DNA of 64,000 bases, taken from Acanthaster planci (taxonomy: Eukaryota). The position numbers and the translations under genes were made by a program. Within the stretch, counting starts at the first letter, position 1. Every line of letters starts with the position of its first letter. Shown here one piece after another: positions 37,076-48,600 of the stretch. The DNA lies in contig NW_019091361.1 of assembly GCF_001949145.1 (NCBI RefSeq), positions 2,403,825 through 2,467,824 of the forward strand, in the 5' to 3' direction. Under the pieces are notes generated by a model. It searched no databases, was not told the origin of the DNA, and was given only the letters and a program-made list of their open reading frames with translations.

Positions 37076-39673
37076 TTTGCCGCCGTAGCCAGGACTCTTG
37101 AGCATATGGAGGCAAGCGGGGGGGCTTTACGCTAAAATGTGTGTGTGTGTGGGCTCACTGGATGTTGGACAAATACGTAATCGTGATCATATCAAGTGGG
37201 GGCGACTGGGAGCAACGATTTTTCCTGGGGGCGCCCCCCCCCCAACCGCTGGCGGTTCGGTACGTAGGATGGGTTTCCCCCTTATAAGACTAAATGGATT
37301 AAGATGGCAGCATGACAACTGTTGGAATCGAATTTAGTTAAGGATTTCAAACCTTAAGAATAAAGAATCTCAGAAAGTCAGTAAGACACCAAATAATAGA
37401 ATACAGGCCTACTACCTTTCAATAAAAAATGGGCCAAAAATCCATTTTGACGTAAAACCTGATACGAATTAAAAGTGACATTTCTGCAAACTCTGGTCGT
37501 CCATTTGAATAGTCGACAATAATTCTGACCAGAGAGGTCGCACCACTATTGGCCGTTTTTTTTACCACTGGTGCATTGTTACTTCAGGCGGTGCTAACGG
37601 ACATAGCTGTATTCGTACGTCCGAAAGCATGCACACGATGAAATATAGGTCGAGTTCGGGCGCCGTGTTCTTGACACGGGTTTCTTGTTCTCGCGCTCGA
37701 ACGGCAGGAACACGACTCAAGAACACTGTCTCGGAACAGGATCACCCACCACCTCCTCGTCATGGTGTTACAGGAACACACGGAAAAACTCGTGAGATTT
37801 TGATTTTTGAACAGTGGTAGGCCCACAGTGCCGACCTGCCATAACTTTTCAGTTGTGACACTGACAGTTACAAAACAATAATGTTAATTAATTAAGCTTT
37901 AATCCCATTTTCAAAAGTCAAAACGTCCACATCAGCAACAGCTGTGCTCTTGGTTGTCACCGTAAATCTCGGCTCTTAAAAGCAACCCAATAGTTGCTTG
38001 TCTGTATACCTGCTATTATCTACGTGCTTGTAGCATCGCGCCATATCTTTCTATCCAAATGTAGAACTTCCTTTTCCAGATACTTCACCTTTCAGGGTTC
38101 AGCGCTTAGTAAAAGATCGGGAATCAGCAAGAATACAATATACAAAAGAATATTGAACCTCATATAATGTACAACACAGGACTGAAATTTCGAAAGCCTT
38201 TCCTTGCTGTGTCCTCTTTTCTCTTTTCAGTTTTGTTCATGGGGTTTTCGCAACAAGCGCGATCTTTAGTTAAATTCCATTATTTTAATTTTCTATTTCA
38301 AATTCAGTTTTCATATGAATCAATTTAATTTTGAACACACGCGTGTAAAAATATGGACTAAATTCCTATCAACACGAAAAAGAAATAGATTCTTACGTCT
38401 CATCCCATTTCTGTTCCTCGGAACCGAGTTGTTAAATTCTCCAGCTGCTTCTTAACAGTAATATAATACCATTCAAACTGTGCCAAAATGCATAGACATG
38501 CACAAACATGAATACCGACTATCACTTTGGTTTGTTCACTTGACTCTTGTTTATGTTTGCGCTTTGCATATTTACAAATGTACTACAACTTGCTTCATCA
38601 GTCCGTTCCAAAGAAGCAAGTTCCTAGCTAGACAAGCATTGGTGTAAATGGCAGGCTGTCGCCTTGTGCGGAAAATACGCCATAGGCCTGTTTGGGGAGA
38701 TTAGAACAGTTTTGCTCATTCTGTTTGAAAGAATGCACCGGTTTACCACGAATTAAAATATGAGTTGAACGTTCAAGGTCCTTTTGTGGGCTTTTTTTAT
38801 TCTTACATAGAGACTCAAAGAAGATTGGACCGACGTGCTTAAAATCCGATCCATTTAATTCTATTATCTGAATCAGATTTAATCGGTTGCTGTGTGGAGT
38901 TTTAATTTATCTGTTCAAGTTATCATGAGTTGGCTTAATTACGAAACTGTGAGAAAATCCCTTCCAGCATTACCCAAAACAAGGAGACCATATGCTTCAT
39001 ATGTGAGGTTTATTACATTTTATTCTTTACTTCCATCTGGCTGTTACCCGTTTTGTTTTGCTTTTTTTGTATTTCCGTTTTCGAATTTCCCAAAGCAAAC
39101 TCAAGATGTTAAAATGGTAATTGGTTTTCACGTATGCTGGTAGGAATCCTATTACAACTAGGCCTGGAGTGCCGCTTTCCAATTAAAACTATGAATGCAT
39201 AACGAGGTCGCGTCTCCGAGATAAAGCTGCAAAGATAACTATTAAATTCATCTGTGGAGCACAAAAAGTGGAATGTGTGTACACTTCTGGTTAACGTGTA
39301 AACCGCGGATGGAGCAGATGCCTATGGTGGATAAACTCCCACAGGCTTGACACGCTGCCCGTCACCACACCGTGTGCACGCTGGTTTTTCCACGGAGCTG
39401 TAATCGCTATTACCGGTCAGACAAACTATTTGGCGTGTGGAACTGGTGGAGATTTCGAAACTGAATTCGCATGATATATAATTTTTTTCAGAGGATTGTT
39501 GACAAAACTACGAAATAACAATTGATGAGAGTTGCAGAGTCGATTTTGGAGCAAACTGGTAGTCTGTAAGGACGCTGGGTGCGAAGTGTGCCCCGCATTC
39601 CTCATTTCATGTCAGGAACTTCGCCAACCTCCACTCGCTATCAGTACTAAATCTTGTCTCTGAGCACAGAAGG

Positions 39674-42600
39674 ATGAATGTCTTCCATCATGGCTCATTT
39701 CAAGTCTGCTTCCTTCTCCTTTGCGCTTTTCTGAGCAACGCTGTTGCCTTTGAGAATCCATGGTCTGACACGGACGACCTGGGGTCGTACTTCACCAACG
39801 AGTTTGCCGTGCAAATCGAAGGGGGGATAGATGTTGCACGGAGCGTGGCCTCAGACCATGGGTACCAACTTCAGATGCAGGTAACACTTGAGCCCTTAGG
39901 CCTAGAATATGGAACTTCAAATTTAAATGTGCTTGAATCATATTGTTTTACGGTACCTAATCGGTACTTTTATGTTGACATCATGTAATAGGCATCGGAA
40001 ATTGCCTGTAATTTTCAAAAGAAAATCACCCATCGTATATTTTGTAATTTTTACACCAGATTTTCTAAACCAAACGTTGTAATGAATCTGTGAAATCAAC
40101 CCGGAGTTTTTCTGTGTTCTTAATGTAAAATATGAAATGGACAAATGCATAAAATAGTTCTTTCTTAACAGCAAATCAAACAAATTGAAAATGACATCAT
40201 GTTAGAAACATAGTCACATGTATGTCTACTGCTGACACGAACAACGAAATCCTCGTCCATTAAATAATGCGCAAAAGAGATTGGACTCTGGATAATATTA
40301 AAAAAAATTCACCACGACTAAAATTATGTTTGAACTGAGAAATACGACACCAACCTAATTTTGGTCCAATTAATACTCATGAAAACGTTCCATTCCGCAG
40401 CACGTACATTTTCCCAAGGATATTGCATTGAAGAATTCATTTTGTGATATCTACACTGTAATAGATTTAGAGATAAATCATTAATAGCACCGAGAGACGA
40501 ACACTTCCTTATATGCCACAGTCGATGAATTATCGACGTTTCGCGATCCTCTTTCTTATAGACGCGTGAAATTTGCAGAATAGTTGGGAGTAGATTTCGA
40601 TGTTTTACCAGAGGGCATGCATAAAATCTTACAGAGGTTCACAAAGCCCATTAAACTGTCTGCTCATTGGAATTTCTATGGAATAATTATCCGTCGACAT
40701 GGTAGAATTTTCACCAAACTGGTTCTCACGTGTTGAAATCATTCCTCTATTAAATAGAAGCTTTGGAACCACCATCGACAAAGTACTTATTTTCTAGAAG
40801 AAATACAAGTTTACATTGATTAAGAAATGTTGGAGAGTACCTCGCTCATAATCGATCATGATAAGCATCTTTTGCAAAAGAAACCTGAGTTGATGGTCCT
40901 TACGTTTGAATAAGGTTTTGTTTCAAAATGCCATGGGTATAAATCTTGGGGGATAGGAGTAAACAAACCCCCCAACTTTTTTCGACCAGGGGGATGGATG
41001 CATGGGCTACTGAATCACCCTCTCCACTATTTCGTGGCGAAAAAAAAAACATGTAGGTGGATTTCGAAGAGCTTTTCAGGCTTCCCAACCGTCAAATCAG
41101 TGGCACCCAAAAGAGGAAGGGACAATGAAAAAAGCCATAAATATGCCGTTCTCCTGTAACATTCTGTAGGAATGTAATACAAATTACAGATGTCCATCTG
41201 TGTCATGAACATGGCGCCCTATAGAGTATCATATAGCGTCAGCACCCTACCCTTTTCAAATTTCCGTGGCTAGGCAAGTCACTCCCCCTTTCCCATCCTC
41301 CCCATTTTCCGCTACAGGTTTACACACTGCAAAAATGCCACATTATTTTCTGATTAGTATTTGCTGTGTGAGTTCAGCAAATATTATGGACTAATTGCTT
41401 CAATATTGTTTCCTAATTTACGCGTCTGAAGTCATTACCAAGTTCATACCAGCAGCTTTGTACAGAAGTGTTAGACCAAATCAATGAAAATATCTATTTC
41501 TAATTAGCGTTTTCTAATATAAACCTAATTTAAAATTATACCATTACCTTTTAAGAAATCGATTTTAAACTTCCACATAACAAAAAACTCATTAATGTGA
41601 ATTGTTGACTAGATCTGGTTCTTGTGATAGTTTATTGTTTGATTTTGCTGTACAAAAAAGTAACAATCAACTTGTCGACTGTAATTTTTTTTTCAAATGG
41701 AATGTTTTGCAAAGGGGTACATCTTTCCATATTAGGGTGGAAATTTACTTTTGAAAATTCATAAAAACGATTTAGCTTAGCAATAATGAAAAGGGATTTT
41801 TCTGAAAAGCTAGATGCTAAAAGAATCCACAGAGGGCATCTTAGTCATCCGGATACAGTAGTTGTTTATTTCTAGGAAAGCCAAATGCATCAAAGCACTT
41901 AAGGATAAACTAGAATCTTACCATCTCTTGAGACAATTTTATACAGTAATGGAAACAGATAATGCTTTGGCTCTCGTCAGGTAAAGTACAGACAAAAATT
42001 TTCAGCTTTTAGAGAATCTTGGAGCCAATCACCTTGGAGACTATATAGAGAGGGGAAAAACTGATGAGTATGAATTTCTGTCCTTTTCCGACAAGATCGG
42101 AAGCCTGCCAGACCATTATCTTCTCCAACATGACGAAACCCCGTCCAGATCGAAGCGGGAAACCGACGAACGTCACACCAAGAAACTTGCAGATGACCAT
42201 CGGGTAAAAAAAAGGAAAACTTTTCAATCAAAAAATCATCTCTGCACTTTTCTGATTACCTGTGGTTCAATTTTAAAGGTTATATTTTCTAATTTTAATT
42301 GACAGGGTGTCGTAAATTATTTGTTTGAAGCTCAGTTTATCTGCGTTACTATTGGAAATTTTGGTGGTTATATCGGACAATCGAAAACGGGCGCAGGGAG
42401 TACCTTAGACTCTTTGTCACAGTAACATAATCACGCTGAAATACAAAATGTTTTCAAGTATTTTTTACTATATTTCAGCGCCACACCAACGCTCTCGAAT
42501 AATAGGCCTATATTAGAAAAGAGACACAGTTATTAACGTGTTTGACTCAAAACTTATGCGCGGATTAGGAGAGGGATTTCGGTCGATCCCTCCTGCTCTG

Positions 42601-45600
42601 AGCAAAAACAAAAAAAGGAAAAAAGAAAAATGGAGAAAATGGTAACAAAAAACAAATAAAATAAGTGACCAATACCATTGTTAACGATGCATGCCATGTA
42701 TAATGTTTCATCATTGTTTCCGCTTGTCCGCAAAAATGAAACAATAAAAAAAATCGCCGCTCTTGGAAAATTCCTGGATCTGCCCCTGAAACCATTTTAG
42801 TGTTTTGAGGTTTATTCTCACTCAAAAGGTGTTGTGGTTCCAACAACAAGAAGCCAAACGTCGAACTAAACGCAATGTGGATAAACGATTCTTGAGATCA
42901 ACCGACTTCAACGACCCGCTCTATGAGGAGGAGTGGTATCTGGTAAGAAAGTCACGAGACCTTTCATGAAATTACAATCGCATAATTTGACTGGAGAAAT
43001 CTCAACGAATTACGTTTTGACAGGAAACGCTTTTCATAAGGTATTTTACTTCATTGTCTGTTTTTAATGCTTGTTGTCAAGAAGTTGTGGTGTTTATTAC
43101 GTGACATTTAGTTCACCAGTAAAAATTGTTCAAGATTGCTCACAAAAGACAAAGCAAGGATTTTCCTTTTTATATAATGACTTTTAGAATGGCGATTATA
43201 AGGAACAGAGGGGTATGCAACCGGACATGAACGTGAGACAGCTGTGGGAGAAAGGAATTACTGGAAAAGGTGTGGTCGTGTCCATTGTCGACGACGGTGA
43301 GCCTTATTATGGATCCAACTACAGGAATACGTAAATTAACAAAATTGATAACAAAACTGTAGCTGTTAGCTAATGAAATGTCTGAAATGGGGCTGGTATA
43401 GGTGGTGATCGCGCATGGAATGTGGCGCAAGGAAAGATCTATTTATGGATACCTGCGTCAGCTCAGAGAAATAAGATGTGATTCAATTTTCGGTTCGTAA
43501 CGAAATAAATCGATCAGGTTTGAATCGGACGGCTCGACATGTCACATTTCTTGCTATTTTTTTTTGGGGGGGGTGGTTTGGTTTAGTTTGGCTTAGTTAG
43601 GTTCTGTGTGGTTTGGTTTGGCTTGGATAGGTTTGGTTTAGTTAGGTTTGGTTTGGCTTGGTTGGATTTGGTTTGGCTTGGTAGACCCGTAGGCTGGGGG
43701 GGGTCAGGGGGTTCGAACACCCCCCCCCGTTCCGCTCGTTGATGTGTGTTTTTATTTGTTTTTTTTTCTGATAACTATATAATTTTAATAGACTATAATT
43801 TTCAGAATGTAAGTCGCGGTTTATACATTGATTCTCACGTAGAAAATATCTCTGCGGTTTATAATGAACTGTGGGCGGGTTACACGGCAACATTTGAAGA
43901 ATGAAATCAGTCACTAAACGCTGCGCCATGCCTGCAACGCAACCCAGGCCGCCGCTGCGCGCCGCGGCCGGCCAGCCACGCGTACCAGCGGCGCAGCGTT
44001 CCGGGTGCGGGGACAAGGCAGTCATATTTTCATTGGCTGCCGCTTACATTGGCTCTACTTACGTGTTGGAAATGAAGTAAACCAGTCCAGAAAGACTGAA
44101 TAGTCTTGTAAATGCCCTGTAGGCCTAAGTACAGTTCACACCTCACCGTTTTGTGGTATGTCTTTACGTTTTTGTCTTTTACGGTTGTGTAATCCATGTT
44201 GTTTATCATTTTACTGGTCTTAAAAAGAACAGCTGCATGGCCAACCCAGCATGGACACTAATCCAGCCCACTAAAATTGGTATTTTCGAGCACTCGAGAA
44301 AGTTTAGACGTAATAAAATCACTCGTTCGTGTGCTACCTCACGTTGCAATATTGAAGAAGTTAGGTTTGGTTTGGCTTGGTTAGGTTTGGCTTGGTTAGG
44401 TTTGGTTTGGCTTGGTTAGGTTTGGTTTAGTTAGGTTTGGTTTGGCTTAGTTAGGTTTGGTTTAGTTAGGTTTGGTTTTGGCTTGGTTAGGTTTGGTTTG
44501 GCTTGATTTGGTTTAGTTTGGCTATGTTAAGTTTGGTTTAGTTAGGTTTGGTTTGGCTTGGTTAGGTTTGGCTTGGTTAGGTTTGGTCTGGCTTAGTTAG
44601 GTTTGGCTTGGTTAGGTTTGGTTTGGCCNTTTGGTTTGGTTGGTTTGGTTTGGTTTGGTTTGATTTGGTTAGGTTTGGCTTGGTTAGGTTTGGTTTAGTT
44701 AGGTTTGGTTTGGTTAGGTTTGGCTTGGTTAGGTTTGGTTTGGTTTGGTTAGGTTTGATTTGTTAGGTTTGGTTTGGCTTGGTTAGGTTTGGTTTGGTTT
44801 TGCTTGGTTAGGTTTGGTTTAGTTAGGTTTGGTTTGGCTTTGTTAGGTTTAGTTTAGTTAGGTTTGGTTTGGCTTGGTTAGGTTGGGTTTGGCTTGGTTT
44901 TTGAAAAGGGGTGACGTGGAGGTTACTCCCTACCCAAGGACGATTGCATCATTTACTGCGAATGTTGACTTTACACAATGAGCAGAATTTTTATACTTCA
45001 ATTAAACTACGAGGGTTGCTCCATTTCCATAGATCAATATTTACTTTTGTCTCATACAGCTGTTTTAATTTACACCACAGTACAATGTTTGGACAATTTA
45101 AAGCACCGAGGAAATGGTTTCGTTTTCAAATGACCGTGTGCCATTAAGTCAGAGCAGGTGAATTTTGTATTCATGGCGAAGTCCAATAGGTCATTCTAAG
45201 TGCTGAAATTATGTGGCAAGGCGGCAAGGTCGATAATTTGATGGTGGTGTTGTTAGTGGAAATAATGGTGGTTATGTCCCTTTGTGTTTTCTTTGCAATG
45301 AAGAATTGAATATGTAAGGCCCCAATTGCCGTGGTCGTTAAAAAGGGGGATGAAACTTTATACAGTAGATGTACTCTGTTTTCAAGATGTATTTTTGCGT
45401 TGGGGAGATGTTAATTATATATAACAGGATTTGCCCTTACCCAGTCCCACCCGAGTAAGCTTGTAAGGTTTTTTTCGCAAGCTCTCGGACAGGCACTGAG
45501 CATACAGTGCTTATTAATATACGTTGGGTAAGGGCAAAACCTGTTATATATAATTAGATGTACTCTGATTTCTACCCATTTTGTCTTTAAAATTATGATC

Positions 45601-48600
45601 TGTTTGCAACTTATGTTTGACTACTTTCAAGGGCCAAATTGTGGTTTTTGCCTTGAGCAGAAACACCCCCATCAGTTGAAAATAGCCATGGTGGTGGGGT
45701 ATTTTGTTGGTAGCGATGCCGCCACGACATCGCATCCCTATCAAACGGTTGCTAGGAAAATCACGCCCTCTCTCGGTCATGCTTTGGACCCATCGTACGC
45801 TGATACATGTATTTTATTCTAGGACTGGAAGTAGCCCATTCGGACATCGCCAAGAACTATGATCCTCTAGCAAGCTGGAACTTTAAGGAGAAACGAAACG
45901 ACCCAACACCTCCCAAGAGCACCTACAATCATAATGGGTAATAGTATCCCTTGCTCACACACCCTTCAGTATACACAGTGTGGAATGGGTTGACCAGTTG
46001 ACAGTCCCTGTCCACGCCCTCACACGTTCGAGCAGAAAATAATATCGCCAACTTCCCTTCACATTAAGTTCGTTAATTAATAACAACTGTCAGCCAAGTG
46101 AGGAAAGGGTTTTTAAATTGTCAAATTGTCAAGTGGGAAAGATTAATTGAATGCTCAGATTTCAAAATCCGAATCTGGGAATTAATTCTTCGTCACATTG
46201 TCGTGGAATCGTTAAAATAGCAAAGGGCCTATATTTCTGTTCTAGCCACGGCACACGCTGTGCCGGTGAAGTGGCCATGGTTGCTGACAACGGAAAGTGT
46301 GGTGTTGGCATCGCCTACGAGGCTAATATTGGAGGTAAGTGCCTCCAACAACTCTGGTGCATCAGTACTTGACTTCCAGTCACAATGGATACATGACATG
46401 AGACAATATTGGTGCATATAATTTTTTTTTGGCAATTGCGGTATCTGTTTCGCCAGGCATACGCATATTGGAAGGGAAAATAACTGACGCTGTGGAAAGC
46501 GCGTCGTTGTCTTATAACCTGGACCACATCGACATCTTTAGCTCCAGTTGGGGACCGACCGACGACGGCATGACGACAGATGGCCCTGGACCACTCACCA
46601 AAAAAGCACTAGAAGAGGGCATCAAACGGGTGAGTGACGTCAGTATTACGGTATATTGACACTGTCCCACACATCAGTGCAAAGTGTGCTCTTTCAATCC
46701 AACCGATCCGACTACCCACCGCTACTTATAAGTGAGGCTTGTTCTAGCCTTCTGCTTGCAAATTTTCGTGACACTGACTAGCCTCACTTGTAACTTTGCC
46801 TACTGCATCATAAAAAATATATTAGCATCACATTTCTTGCAAGCTATTTTGCTGCACAGGCCTCACTTATGAAAAGGCGTGGGTACTTAGACCGTGTGTT
46901 CAATCCATGACTCTGTCCAATTTCTGCAGTAAAGACGTTAAGATCGTCTGCATGATCGTGCCGCATATAGATCCAGCCGAAAGTCAAAATGCAAAATTTA
47001 AAAACAAACACCACAAAGGAGGTTGGTGTAAATAGAGGGTACATGGTTCCAACATCGTGAATTTGTCAACTTGAATCGTCTATGAAGTGAAACGATGAAA
47101 TTGGAGCAGAGATCGAAATAGGAGGGATTAATAAACGTTCATATCTGTGAACTGAATCAAACTGATGTTGAAATTAGGGAATGGTAAGCTTGAAGAACTC
47201 TGTGCAGGAGCTTGCCACATCGCCACGGTGTCTTTATCATTTGGCAGTATTGCTTAATTAAGACGCTGTGGCGGTGTCATAAGCTTCTGCGTCGAACTCT
47301 CTTCAATCCCAAGTCCCCAAAAAGATAACTCACCGATCGACTTCGATGACGGGACCCTTAACGACTTTCTGTGCTCCGATTAATGTTGCTTGAGGAAGGG
47401 CCCAAGAAGAACAAGAGCTTCGATAAACACTTGTGTCAAGATGTGATAAAATTTCAGTCTTCTTCATCGATCGGTGGAGCGGAACACGTTCCAGTTTTGA
47501 TAGAGAATGACAATTTGGGCAGATAGGCTCCTGCTGCTCTGTGTAAGATTGTTGTAGACTTACGAGGACTTGCTAAAAATCTGATGGAAAAAAAATGAAT
47601 AAAACAGGGCAGGAACAGCAAGGGCGTCCTCTACGCCTGGGCGTCGGGCAACGGTGGGTCCGAAGACAACTGCAACTGTGACGCGTACTCGAGCAGCATT
47701 TACACCATCGCTACGTCCAGCGTGTCCGAGACCGGCCAGAAGACATTGTGAGTCCGTCGGGTGGCGGGGCATGCAATGATTTGTAAAACCGGGTACGAGG
47801 TGGCCCTGGTGCTAGTATCATCTACATGCGGTGTTGGTGTTGCTTGGATCGGTGGCCGGGTCCTCTGACCGGGGTTATTCTTTCTCGATGAGATTTCTCT
47901 CGGGATCCTCGTAGTTCTAGCCTTTCTTGTTTTCTTTCCGTCTGTCTTCCTTCTTTCTTCGGTAATAGATCATTATTTTGCATGAAATTATGAGTGAAGT
48001 TATTCTCTGCTCGCTTTTGGTGTTTAACGAGGCAGGGCCGTTACGTCACTCTGCTTAGAAAATGTTCAAAATCAACCGTCGTGTGATTCGCTTCATTTTT
48101 GGCACGCGCTGTTACAATACCGAACCCGCACACCGTAGCCTATCCACAGTGGTCGACCTAAAGCAGACATGCTCCATCTTTCCAATCCCATTTTGATATT
48201 TTTTACTCCATTTTCATCATTTCTCTTTCACTTTAATTGTGTCATTGCTTATGCCAAGTGTGCCTCAAACCATTTCCATCAAACACTTGTCTTCACATTT
48301 TTATTTCAGTTGAAGTTTTCAAGGCTCGTCATTCGTGTGAAGCGAAGATAAATCTCCTCACTTTCCAGACATTGCTTCACGATTATCGTCATTACGACCC
48401 TTGATGTCATGGTAAAAAGCGTCGTTATCATTGCTCCCTCTTCCATTAACCACACCATTCCATCTTCTCTCTTTCCTCCGTCATCTAAACTGTAGTGACA
48501 GCAGAACCAAATGCCATTGTATTTCTGTATATTTCCCATTTTTTTCCCTTAGTTACGGCGAGACCTGCTCATCCATCCTAACGACTTCGTACAGCAGTGG

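Noticed and set aside
43575..44899. Telomeric repeat or CRISPR array
   Set aside because: Units are mixed 5-mers rather than TTAGGG arrays, there are no unique spacers or cas genes, and the array is intronic in a eukaryotic gene.
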